This document shows positions 28,690 through 41,502 of a DNA stretch of 64,000 bases, piece after piece. The stretch is from Eledone cirrhosa (taxonomy: Eukaryota). The first letter of the stretch is position 1; every line of letters begins with the position of its first letter. Below the pieces are notes generated by a model, which was not told where the DNA came from, made no database searches, and saw nothing but the letters and a program-made list of their open reading frames with translations. The stretch is taken from assembly GCA_964016885.1 (NCBI GenBank), contig OZ024740.1, forward strand, positions 46,934,001 through 46,998,000, given 5' to 3'. The position numbers and the translations under genes were made by a program.

Positions 28690-28829
28690 AAGATAATTTA
28701 TGATATATTGATCTGATTATTTAATTTATTAATTCTTCATTGAGCCACATCGTGAATGGTTGCCACATATATATATCTATGACTTTGTGTATATGTAAAT
28801 CTTTATATATATATATATATATATATATA

Positions 28830-29535
28830 GTAAAAAAATTGAACGGGAACAAAACAGAGAGGCAGTACGAACAAAGGTTTATTAGTTTCACGCTCTTGAG
28901 AGAAGAACACAGATATACATACATCTGTATTCAGATTATAAAGGACCAAAATTTACTAGGTTGAATAGTATACTAACGATAAACAAAACGGTCAGCCGTA
29001 AAAGAAAAAATTAAGAAAAACCAAACCGTTTGTGATATCGAGAACATCCAGACAGTCTTTGGTAAACTGTTTCGCATTACAATTCTTCTGTTCCTCAGTG
29101 GGTGTAATGAATTAGTAAACCCCTAAATTCTAGGTATCCTAGAAGACTAAATGAAACGTGCATTTAGAGTGACGCACGTGGCATTCAGAACCCAGCGTAT
29201 CTCGCAAAAAACCTATACTGCTAAAAATAACAGCCTGGTTTACAGGACGATTATTTAGCTCTGCAAAATTAAATTTAAGGAGCAGTACATCAAAGTATAT
29301 AAGTTAGAAACTCATTAAGGTCCATTACAATTAAAATTAGCCCAAGGAAAATTTTTTTTCGGGCCGTGTAATATAATTGAATAAAGAGAGAAGAACACAG
29401 ATATATACACATCTGTATTCAGATTATAAGGGACCAAAATTTACCAAGTTGAACAGTATACTAACTATAAACAAAACGGTCTGCCAGACTAAATTAAAAG
29501 AAAAAATTAAGAAAAACAAACCGTTTGTGATAACT

Positions 29536-29540
<5 letters not shown>
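28830..29540 (-). mobile_element. ~488-bp-unit partial tandem element in (TA)n with a degenerate HHR
   Basis: 28898-29037 repeats at 29386-29531; CTGAGGA..GAAAC on the - strand at ~29065-29098; tail shared with 10482-10546. Confidence 0.6.
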
Positions 29541-29604
<64 letters not shown>

Positions 29605-30484
29605 TAAAATAACAGATTAAAGTTTAAGCAAAGAATCGCTGCTTTCACCCTTAACGGGATCTTCTGAAACTAACAAAGTCAATCTGTAAACGCAGAACTG
29701 GATATTTCAGAAAACGTTGCAACCGGAGGAAGACAGTAAGACGATACTTTGGTTCGTGGTAACGTTCGCTGGCAAAGAACGTGAAAAAACGAATAATAAT
29801 AAGGAGCGGTGAAAAACAATTACGCGCAAAGACAGAACCACGTTTATGGTATAAAAGAGGTCGTAGACTAATGTTCTCTTAGGTGGTGCATAGAGACGTT
29901 CTCTGGCAATGAACGAAAAAACGAAGATAATACGTCATATATGGAGCGTGGAGAACAATAGCACGCCAATACAAAACCACGTAAATGGTATAGCAGAAGT
30001 CGTAGACTAAAATTCTAACTAGGAGACCAAATGAATCTCCGCTACAGAGTTCAGAACAAGTAAATAAATACAATACAGAAGTAATAGAAATAAATAAATA
30101 CATACACGCAAACAAATACGTACATACACAAGCATACGCAAAACCTTACCATAGGTATACAAAACCACGCACATATAAATATGTGTGTGTGTGTATGCGT
30201 GTATACAAATAAATAAATAATTATATAAACGTATAAGAATAAATAAATACGTATATAACAAGCGCACACACATACCTACATATAAATACACGAAAGTTCG
30301 GAGACGTAAGTCAACTAAAACAAGAAGTACACATATACACACACCCACCATACGTACGAACCTGCATATTCACACACACGCAAAACTACCGTATACACAT
30401 AGTCAAACCCTATGTACCAGGAATATAAAATTATACGTACGAGAAGGTATACGTACCTTCACAAAACATACGGGTAATATATAC

Positions 30485-32687
30485 TTACCTATGCAAATAA
30501 GTAAAGGAATAAACAAAACATATACTTAGCTCCCACATCAAGACGTAAAATATCCCCGTATAGATCGTACTATCCGTTAGGGTATAACGTGGGAAAGTTT
30601 TGTGCAATTTATGTTTACAAGCCGAAAATGCCTCAGATTTTTTGTTTAAGATGTGGTCTGTGGCGTAGAGTATTTCCAGGGCCACAGCGGCGCAGAGGTC
30701 ACATGGTCTTTTATTTCCGTTATACGATCTAGCCCTAGCTAGGATCTCCCAGTGTAACTTATATTGGGTGTGGTTGTCTTTTAGACTCCAGATATAAGCT
30801 GAAAGTGACGTCATATTCCTTCTTAGAGGGTAACGAAAATAATGGGTATGCATGTAAAGACGCTGCTTGAAACTATTGGCGGTTAACACTATGTAGGCCC
30901 TATGGGACGTGGGTGTTACAACCTTACATTTGTAGACAATGTTACTAGAGAGGCATTTCCCGGATAGGGGGCAATCAGCCCGATTCCTACAATTACAGTT
31001 AGTACTAACTACAGGGTTGCACGTGTTCCTACGGCTAGGTAGTTCAGCTAAATTTGAAGCTGTGATGTTATGTGCAAGGTTAGGAGTCGTAGAGTAAGAA
31101 ATTTTAATAGTATTTCTATTAAAAATTTTACTATATTTATGTGTAGGGGGAAAATGCTTCGTAATAAGGGAAAGAAAGATCTTAGCTAATGGTGTGGCCA
31201 CCTCCATATTATATGGTGGGTTATACCACCAAATGCGACGGGATCTGTTACTTCTAGGTCTATTTTCGTACTCTGTATATGCTACCTTATCGACAAATCC
31301 ACTTCGAGCAAGAGCTTCATTGTAATAAGTGGAATGGTCGTTGAAAATCCGCTCGTTGGTGGAAAGACAGGAAAGCCTCAACGAAACGTTTCTTACCAGG
31401 TTCTTGGTTATGCTGGCAGGAAGGTTGGAATGCTTACTTATGTAATTAAGCGTATCATTCGGCTTTCTATACGGGTAATACAACCCATTCAATAAATTGA
31501 GGGTAACGTCGAGGTAATTAACGACCGAGAGATTGGCCTCAACCTGTATAGAGAGGTTGAAGCCTTTAAAGAAGGCTGTGAGTTCTTTTTTGAACCTGTC
31601 GCAAGCACGAGGTCCGCACTTAGTCATGGTCAAAAGACCATCGTCACGGTACAAACCACCGCCCGCGTTGGGGAATTCGTCCTTGATAGAGAAAAGAAGG
31701 AAAAGGCCAATAAGATCAGTAACCTCCGCAGAGTCACTGGCGCCCATACTCACGTCGAATGGGGGTACTATTGGATTTTTTAATCCAAATAGAGTCGTCG
31801 AAATTAATCACCGACTTTCGGGCATTGAGGATGACATCAACTTCGAAATCCTTAACCACTGTGAGTGTTTTATCGAAATTGATAGCTCTAAGGAGAAGTG
31901 GAAAAGTGATGAAGTAGTAGTAATTGTTGATGTCGAATTGGATAAAACGGCAATATTCCTTGTTACATATGCCGTTGAACCAATCAATCACCGCGAAAGA
32001 ATTGTTCCACAGTGCAAGAGGGGCCAAACTTCTAATTTCAGGTATAATTCAATCAAGAATCGTTTTACTAAGTCTACCTAAATCGGACTTCGTAGAGTTA
32101 ATAAGCCGAATAGAGGGGTTGTTCGGAAAATTGGATTTGTGATCCTTCAGGGTAAAGTGGGGAGAAATAGGGTCCAGAGGTTCGGTCCGGTCCAGGATGT
32201 TGAGATCAGATGTGATTTTAAACCCAGCATCGTTGATTTCATTGATGACGCACCGATTAGTTTTACGGTAATCCTTACTTACAACATTATGTAGTAGTTG
32301 ATGGTAAGTACTGCGCTCCACTTGATATAGGTTGCCAGTTTTGTCGGAATGGACGTGCACGGCGTTAGAATCCTTAATAGAACAAATTCTATTCTTCAGG
32401 TCTTGCTGGAAGGAATTGCTCCTATTCCGAAATTTGATACTCCGAATGAGTTCCAAGACATCATTTTCGAAGGGTAGCAATGCTGGGTTCCACGGGGGGT
32501 TATTATAGGTTTTAAATCCAAATTTATCCTGTTTGTTGTCTGCTTTACGCGGATTATCGAAATAAAAGGCACGCCAACGCAACCTTTTAATGAACGCGTC
32601 TGTTTTCTGTATCAGGAGTTTTAGGTATGTTTTCCTGCTTCGTACGGGTATGTTCTTTGTAGAAATATTCAGATGTTGTTTCTGCAT
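30485..32687 (-). pseudogene. PLE polyprotein (RT + GIY-YIG), broken by a stop and a frameshift
   Basis: ORFs 32049-32687 (STKNIP..RLRWRAFYF; SDKTGNLY), 31734-32027 (FIQFDINNYY) and 30485-31753 (MGASDSAE; GLYRDDGL; WYNPPY; CNCRNRADCPLSGKCLSSNIVYKC..AYI). Confidence 0.9.
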
Positions 32688-33814
32688 GATGAATATAAAT
32701 CAGTAGAGTGCTCAACCGAGGGAGCCAAATAGTAATAATAATAAATTTGAAGACTAAAATCCAAAGAGGGCTCGATAAGGATAAATATATATCAAATATA
32801 TAAGAACCGTAGAGCAAATATTTATTAAAATAACAGATTAAAGTTTAAGCAAAGAATCGCTGCTTTCACCCTTAACGGGATCTTCTGAAACTAACAAAGT
32901 CAATCTGTAAACGCAGAAGTGGATATTTCAAAAAACGTTGCAACCGGAGGAAGACAGGAAGACGATACTTTGGTTCATGGAAACGTTCGCTGGCAAAGAA
33001 CGGGAAAAAACGAATAATACGTCATTAATAGGAGCGGTGAAAAACAATTACGCGCAAAGACAGAACCACGTTTATGGTATAAAAGAGGTCGTAGACTAAT
33101 GTTCTCTTAGGTGGTGCATAGAGACGTTCTCTGGCAATGAACGAAAAAACGAAGATAATACATCATATGTGGAGCGTGGAGAACAATAGCACGCCAATAC
33201 AAAACCACGTAAATGGTATAGCAGAAGTGGTAGAATAAAATTCTAACTAGGAGACCAAATGAATCTCCGCTACAGAGTTAAGAACAAAGTAAATAAATGC
33301 AATACAGAAGTAATAGAAATAAATAAATACATACACGCAAACAAATACGTACATACACAAGCATACGCAAAACCTTACCATAGGTATACAAAACCACGCA
33401 CATATAAATATGTGTGTGTATGCGTGTATACAAATAAATATATAATTATATAAACGTATAAGAATAAATAAATACGTATATAACAAGCGCACACACATAC
33501 CTACATATAAATGCATGAATGTTCGGAGACGTAAGTCAACTAAAACAAGGAGTACACATATACATACACCCACCATACGTACGAACCTGCATACTCACAC
33601 ACACGCAAAACTCCCGTATACCTATAGCCAAACCCTATGTACCAGGAATATAAAATTATACGCCATAACAATCAAATATACGTACGAGAAGGTATACGTA
33701 CCTTCACAAAACATACGGGTAATATATACTTACCTATGCAAATAAGTAAAGGAATAAACAAAACATATATTTAGCTCCCACATCAAGACGTAAAATATCC
33801 CCGTATAGATCGTA

Positions 33815-34380
33815 CTATCCGTTAGGGTATAACGTGGGGCTGTAATACAGGAAAGTTTTGTGCAATTTATGTTTACAAGCCGAAAATGCCTCAGATTTTT
33901 TGTTTAAGATGTGGTCTGTGGCGTAGAGTATTTCCAGGGCCTCAGCGGCGCAGAGGTCACATGGTCTTTTATTTCCGTTATACGATCTAGCCCTAGCTAG
34001 GATCTCCCAGTGTAACTTATATTGGGTGTGGTTGTCTTTTAGACTCCAGATATAAGCTGAAAGTGACGTCATATTCCTTCTTAGAGGGTAACGAAAATAA
34101 TGGGTATGCATGTAAAGACGCTGCTTGAAACTATTGGTGGTTAACCCTATGTAGGCCCTATGGAACGTGGGTGTTACAACCTTACATTTGTAGACAATGT
34201 TACTAGAGACGCAATTCTCGGATAGGGGGCAATCAGCCCGATTCCTACAATTACAGTTAGTACTAACTACAGGGTTGCACGTGTTCCTACGGCTAGGTAG
34301 TTTAGCTAAATTTGAAGCTGTGATGTTATGTGCAAGGTTAGGAGTCGTAAAGTAAGAAATTTTAATAGTATTTCTATTAA
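33815..34380 (-). pseudogene. Second copy of the PLE GIY-YIG C-terminus (partial tandem)
   Basis: NIVYKC..AYIGLT..WEIL..CDLC. Retains YIG and the native C-terminus that the first copy lost. Confidence 0.85.
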
Positions 34381-34855
34381 CGTGGTTTTGTATTGGCGTG
34401 CTATTGTTCTCCACGCCCCACATATGACGTATTATCTTCGTTTTTTCGTTCATTGCCAGAGAACGTCTCCATGCACCACCTAAGAGAACATTAGTCTACG
34501 ACCTCTTTTATACCATAAACGTGGTTCTGTCTTTGCGCGTAATTGTTTTTCACCGCTCCTATTAATGACGTATTATTCGTTTTTTCCCGTTCTTTGCCAG
34601 CGAACGTTTCCACGAACCAAAGTATCGTCTTCCTGTCTTCCTCCGGTTGCAACGTTTTTCGAAATATCCAGTTCTGCGTTTACAGATTGACTTTGTTAGT
34701 TTCAGAAGATCCCGTTAAGGGTGAAAGCAGCGATTCTTTGCTTAAACTTTAATCTGTTATTTTAATAAATATTTTCTCTACGGTTCTTATATATTTGATA
34801 TATATTTATCCTTATAGAGCCCTCTTTGGATTTTAGTCTTCAAATTTATTATTAT

Positions 34856-34889
<34 letters not shown>

Positions 34890-34891
<2 letters not shown>

Positions 34892-35072
34892 CAAAGGAAT
34901 TGTGGTAAGGAACACGATGGACCATAACGCACCAGAGTACTCAATACTTAGGGTAGTAGAGTGGGAAATAGGAAAAAGTATGACCCCGACGGCAGAGCTC
35001 AAGCCGTTTCGACGGCTATATAGCCGTCGAAACGGCTTGAGCTCTACCGTCGGGTTCATAATTTTTCCTATT
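34890..35072. repeat. TAGCCGTCG family, fold-back copy
   Basis: Long - arm 34890-35018 and short + arm 35021-35072 meet at ..cgacggcta-ta-tagccgtcg.. Confidence 0.75.
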
Positions 35073-35096
35073 TATATATATATATATATATATATG

Positions 35097-35143
<47 letters not shown>

Positions 35144-35177
35144 GTGAGAAAAACCACAGACCCTCCATCTCAACTCA

Positions 35178-35215
35178 CCTTTTGAAAAGCAGAAGAACTG
35201 CGAAACCGGTAAAGG
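35178..35215 (+). ncRNA. Hammerhead fold with a mutated core
   Basis: cctt TTGAAAA gcag-aagaa-ctgc GAAA ccgg TA aagg. All three stems are perfect; the core differs from CTGAAGA at two positions. Confidence 0.55.
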
Positions 35216-35348
35216 AACCAAATAAATATATATATTTAAAAAAAAAAAATAAGACTCCAGTTGCATTTTCGATTTCATCTCTTTTTCTTTATACTTTCAC
35301 TCGTGTAGGACACCTCGGTTATTTTTCATTTTGTAAAAAAAACCTCAC

Positions 35349-35414
<66 letters not shown>

Positions 35415-35843
35415 GTAAAATGTTTTTATTTCCGGGCCCCCTTTAAAATATGTAGTGACCCATACCATTCACTGAAATCATACTAAGAATTTTTCCCGAG
35501 GGCCGGAACCCTCCTGTACATACCCCCTGAAGTTGAGGATGGTCGAAAAGAAGGAAAATTCCGCTATTATTGCACCTATACTCGATATTCTTTCGTCACA
35601 AGGGGGATTTTGGGGGTCGATAAACTCATTTATGGTATTGTTTTTGCATTACGACCATCCAATATGCCGGAAATCCAGGATACCGGATATGGGAAACTGT
35701 TATTTAACCAACTATATTGACTAATATATCATTTTTCATGAATGGGATATTTTAAACGCATTTCCGAAGACAAAATGAGCTTAACTCTAGTCTATGGCTT
35801 GAAAAGAATATTATGCATGATTCATTGGTACATTATCATTGGT

Positions 35844-37096
35844 TTATTTTAAATTATAATTGTTCAACAAGTGATCTAAAGCATCTTTAAAGTCCTGAAC
35901 AGTAGCATCCGTTTTGCAGCTGACTTTCTCCAGATAAACCCTCAGATTTCGCACGTAAGTATCCACATCTAGTTTCTGATAATTCCTTTTCAGTTTGAAA
36001 ATGTCACTGGTTTTTGGTATCGATAGCGAAGTGTCCCTTGCATATCTAATTTCTAAATACAACCTTTCTATTTTATCTGTTTCCGAAGCTGTATCGCTCT
36101 CCATACATGTATCTATCTCCTCCTTTTTAGTGAAAGGACCACCTACAGATTTTAGATAATCAAGGTCCTTGTTTCGTCGCTTGTCGGTGGCGATATTGGC
36201 ATTTTTCTTGGTTGCGAGGCTTTCGCGTGTCAACTTCTCCTGTCTTACATAATTTCAGGTATTTGGCCGCCTTTTCTAACCAACTTCCTGTATTTGACGA
36301 AAGACCCCGACTCATTTTCGATCAGGTCTTTAGCCTTCATCTTTACTTGAGATGAAGAAGCGGCGGCCAATTGTTTCCCGCCTCGGCGAGCCAATTCGTA
36401 ATTAATAAAGCCCATGCCTCTTTCTGAATCGAGGTTGTGAATAGGCGCTTTTTTAAGTTTGGCAGTGTCCATCTTTGATAAGGCGTATGGAGAATCGCGA
36501 GCTTCTCCAAATCCGAATATGTCGCCCTTTTGCTTCTGGAAGCCATCACCTAACTTCGGTAAGAGCACCTTTATGACTTTGAGTACATCATCTCTCAACT
36601 CGCTGGTCGCCGCATTTATTGCATCGCACATTTCGTCATCATATCGGATCTGTCTGAAACGTTCTTCTGATACGAAACTCAAAGCTGGTTGGTCGGTAGA
36701 TAATAATTTGCTGGGATCAATATGTATCAAATCGTCGTAGATCTTATTGAAGGCTATCGCCAGTTTGGGATAATCTGTCGTTTGTGCAGTCGTGAGTGAT
36801 AAGAATGGTTCTACCAAATGCAATCTGATGATAGCTCCACTGCAGAACAACACCCGGAAGAAGTCCATATTCATAAAACAGCGCACTATGCACGCCAACT
36901 GGTTAGTTACATGCTTGAATTTCTGAACGTATGCGGCTACATCGTCTAGGTGATACAGCGTAACTGCACAAGTTATGGTAAGCCGATTGAACCGTTCATC
37001 TTTCAATGAAACGGACTTGTTTTTGCGTGGATGTATAAACGAGTCAAAGTCATTCGCCTTGTTCCAATTTTTGTGGTCGAAATCATGGCATATCAA
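35844..37096 (-). pseudogene. C-terminal part of a putative DNA-transposon protein
   Basis: Intron-less, GC-richer ORFs 36245-37096 and 35844-36233. PIHNLDSERGMG resembles the (S)ER motif of hAT/Kolobok-type transposases. Family not determined. Confidence 0.45.
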
Positions 37097-37616
37097 TAAA
37101 GTCTAAGCCTTCTGGCCAGATATCCGGTTTGTGGATCATTCCCACTCCCAGTCCCAGAAGCCCCGTAAAAAATAAAAAAGGGTCATAGGCATTGGTTTCT
37201 CCTCTCCAAGACATTAAATATACTATCACCTTATAAATACATCCATCTCTCTCATCTTTTTCTCCTTTCGTAATTCCTACTGTACCTCATTGCACATACT
37301 CTACACGAACAAGAGTTTACTAATCTTTCTCCCCAGAATGTCCACCGTCCTGAATTCTGTTCTAGCCCAAGCCTTTCCTCTGCATAGATCCACCTAGAGA
37401 TGTTCAAAATGACAACGAACAGTATCAGTCTAACCAGTCTTAGCGAGCCAATGACATTCATGGGTACTGCTCCTTTCACTTGATTAAGATATTAGAAAAT
37501 AAATTTGAAGAACAGATCTAATTTTTGTAGTGGAACGTATAAAACCAAGAATTTACTACTATAGTTATTCTATCATGTCCGGAGGTACATCTGAAATGGT
37601 CTTATCAGTACTTATA

Positions 37617-37836
37617 AGGCGGTTGATTGGAGGTATCGATAGAGCGTCGGGCAACATGCTTTGCTGCATATAGTTACGGCTTTTTACGTGCTGAGTTCAA
37701 ATCCCACCGAGCTTAGTCTTGCATTCAATCCTTCTGAGGTTCATAAATTAAGTAACAGTAACGTAATGGTGTCGATTTAATCGACTTTCCCCTTCCCTTC
37801 AAATTGCTACTCTTGTGCCAAAAGTAGAAACAATTA
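37617..37836 (+). mobile_element. tRNA-derived SINE
   Basis: 23001 family; B-box gagttcaaatcc. Confidence 0.8.
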
Positions 37837-38041
37837 TCAGCACCTATCCCAATCAAAGATAGATAGAAGTCATTTTATAGACTGCTGACAGAGCTTGAAC
37901 TCATCTCCTTCCGGAGAGTGCCATGGTGTTTGTGATAATTCCATAACCACGAAAAATGTTAGTGAAGTTAACATGTCTAATGACCTATGTCAAGAGTGTG
38001 CATTGGAGGACAAATAAAACTATATTAACTTTATATCTATA

Positions 38042-38208
38042 CAGGTAAAATTCCGTTATAACGAATTTTTTAGTGTAACGAAATGTTTTTCAATCCTCGA
38101 AGTAATAACAAGCAAACGCTCGATTTGTTTCGGTTGATCTCGTTATAAAGAATTTTCGTTACAACGAATTCTTTTACCCGTGAATTTCGTTATAACGGAA
38201 TTTAACTG
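38042..38208. mobile_element. Tc1/mariner(pogo)-type MITE
   Basis: TIRs caggtaaaattccgttataacgaa / ttcgttataacggaatttaactg, flanked by TA. Confidence 0.75.
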
Positions 38209-41200
38209 TATCTATTTGTAATATATAAGTAATTGGTGCAATTCATTGCTCATATTGTTACTGAATAAAACTGATGGATGGAATATCTGTACAACACAAG
38301 TGCGTAACATATATCAGATTTCAGTATGCCCTGATTTGAACAATTTGGTGATCTACAACTTGGATGTTAAGGGTATTTTAATATGTGATATAGTAGGTCA
38401 TGCTGAACTCATTGGTGAAGGAATAAATTTTGTAGCAATTAGTGATGAGTTGCCCTATTTTATGCCACCGATTTACTAGACTATTATAATAAAGAGGGAG
38501 AAAACTATATATAGCAAGACATTTAGTCGAATCAAGCGCCCTACTGTGTCTGTCATCTTCACCGCCTCATTGTCAACCCCTGGGGGTGCTTTGACTCCTG
38601 AAATAATAATTTGTTGAGGTAGTTGATAGAGTTCTCTCGAATATCTTTTTCTTCTTTTTCTTCTTGCATTAAAAAGTACAATAACTATAGTTTTTCCCTA
38701 ACAAGACTAATTACGTTTTAAAAAGGGTTTTGTTGACAAATTATGATGCTATTTTCAAGAATATATCATAGAACGTGACAGAGCAAATAATGTCACAGGC
38801 AGAACATCACACTATTTCGAGGTGAAATCAATCAATTATATTTAGTACTCGACTGGTGATTGTTTTATAGACCCTGAAATCGACTGAGCCAAGATTCGTA
38901 CTCAGAACGTTAAATAGCGTAACTAAATGCTGAGAAGAACTTAATCTGATAGTACATCGATTCTTTCATGCAGACCATGATAATAATTTAGATTGAAACA
39001 TCTTTTTATTGTAGGATGTTAGCTATTCAGAAAGACTTTTGGAGAACAGTTATTACAATTTTGTAGTACTATCTGAGAGAAGTGGAACTGTATAAATGAC
39101 CAGGTCGCAAATAGGGTGGTGGAAATTTTGACAGCAATAAATATATAAATGTAAAATGAAGTGAAGTATTTGATGGCTAAAATGATTTTTCCACAACGTA
39201 ATTACTTTAATTATTACTATATTAGACAATTTTAAATTTCTTAGCTAGTCAAAGACATTTAGAAGCACAAGTAAGGGAAATTAATGCAATCGAATTCGAA
39301 TCGATTTCTTGGTCATCTCATACACGGCTAGATACACTTGTTCATAGAGAGTTAGGCCATTATAGTCATATGAAAATATACAATTTACATTTTTAACACC
39401 GTATAGGCAGTTTTTTTCAAGACGGTAGCTTGATTTGAGCGCAATTCGGCTACTATCTTTAACAGACCATATAAATGCCAGTTGTTGGTTTGACTAGTAC
39501 ATGAATGGCTTACATAGGTAGTCTCACGAGGAAAATTGTCTGAAGCCTGTTTTGACACCTGACTGTAGTTATTCATTTCACTTGAAGAATTCGTATTAAA
39601 AAATTATGAACTTAAGGTGAACTCTAGTTTAGATTTATGGTTGGAGTGTCTGTTTTCATTAAAATCCATGTTTATGAGAAAATCACGTTTATAATTAAGC
39701 TACATCCATCCTGCAGTATGTAGAAACTTAATATGCATTTTCATTTTCCAATGTATAAGAAGAGCTACTTGTCTTGGTAGAAAAGTATTTCTATGAATAG
39801 CATTAGTAGTACATCTTTGGTATTAAACATTCGTCCTTTTTAGTTGACAAGATTTCAGTCTAATTGATTAACTGAATAACTAACATAACTTTATAATCAG
39901 TTGTCATTTGTTGATATTTAGAGCCAGTTTGGCTGGAGAAACCTGTTTCATGAGTCGACAGCCCAAATCTTTCAGCAATACAATAATTTACACTGATGTG
40001 TCATGTAAAATATTGTTGGTTGTAAACATAAGAAATTAGAAATTCTTTTAACTTGGTTGCTGACATATTTTAACACATATTTGTATGATAAGCATTTATT
40101 TGAGACAAAAGATTTCTATGTGGTTACATACTCTTTCTTCACGCTAATTGACACAATTTATAGATGATCACTTCAAAAATGAAACTATACATCTGAGTTT
40201 TATCCGTGGGCTCTTATAGGATAGTAAGTGGAATTTAGAATGGCATGCATCTTAAACATAAATCTTACAAGAAGGCAATAAATAGGTCTCCTCATTCAGT
40301 TATATAATTTAGAATATTCTGAAGATATAGTTTTGAATTTAAAACAAAATATAAAATATATATAGAAAAGTATTTTGGCGTTGTGTAAACAAAATTCGTA
40401 GATTCAGGAGAGGGAAATAAAGAATGCACATTTAGTATAGAAACATAAAAAAATAGCTGGTTTTCTTAAAAGATGTATTTTTATTGGCAAGTGTAGAATA
40501 TTTATAAGAAACTGGTTGTCTTGTATGTTTTAAGAGAAATATTTTGTAAAAAAATAAAATTATTCTAGACAAGTGCCAGGTGATAGACGTCAGACATTTT
40601 CTTCCAAGTGTTTTTTTTTTTCGTATACACATTAGCTTTATTAGCCATTTCATGTCTGTCTAGCTGACAAGCTGAAAATATATTAACTTAACAGGAAACA
40701 GTGGAATGGGGTATACGTTACAGCTGCTTAATAATTTATTTGATAAAAATGAAATACCAAAATTTCTTTTACTGACAAGGTGAACAGTTTTAGTAATTTC
40801 CGAACTTAATTTTAGTTTTATAACTTTTGACAACGATTCACTGAATATTTTATGCTATTATTTCTCATTAACATTGACGAAAACAATATGTTGTAGTATA
40901 CACAGGTATTTAGTTTCATTGCCTGCGAAGGATGTGAATATGATTGCATTTATTGTAAATTTTAGAAACATATAGAAATGATATAGATATATTTCTTTAT
41001 TTACCATAAAGGCATAAAAAGAAGGGACAAATACAAAGGGGGAGTTTACATACAATCGAGTAAAAAGGGTATAAAATGAAAATAATCGAAAACAACCTCA
41101 AAAGGGAGGGGACGTGATGGGGGTTGCACACACCCCCGAAAAAGTGTGCAATCCTTTGCCCGGGGAGCACATGGAGAAGGTGCTCCCTTCTCCTTCACTT

Positions 41201-41502
41201 CTTTACCTACAGGATGGTATACAGAGAAGGCCCATTTACACGAGCCATTCTCGCCACTATCACCCACCTTTCATAAAACTGCCTGTGGCCAAGCACCTCT
41301 CTCTCCATTCTTATCCTTCTTCCGAAGTGATATCGGAAGAAGTAGACCAGACTATGGCCAGAGAGGAAGTTGCCTGACCTCAGACCTTTCAATCGTGTCC
41401 ACCAAACAACCTCTTTCAACATGGCTATTACGCACAGAAAAACCGCCTTTGCTTCCTTTGTGAAGAGGGGAGGCGGCTTGATTGTCATCACGGACTCGGC
41501 GG

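Larger units (their letters stand above)
29601..34860 (-). mobile_element. Penelope-like element: full ORF region, upstream partial tandem copy (pLTR) and an inverted arm, in (TA)n
   Basis: 29601-31120 repeats at 32822-34380 (unit ~3.2 kb); 34381-34860 is an inverted copy of ~32730-33210; (TA)n at 29540-29600 and 34860-34890. Confidence 0.92.

Noticed and set aside
37850-39160. Possible exons (ORF 38246-38479; acceptor-like site at 39014)
   Set aside because: Stops in the candidate frames, no consistent splice pairs and no recognisable homology.
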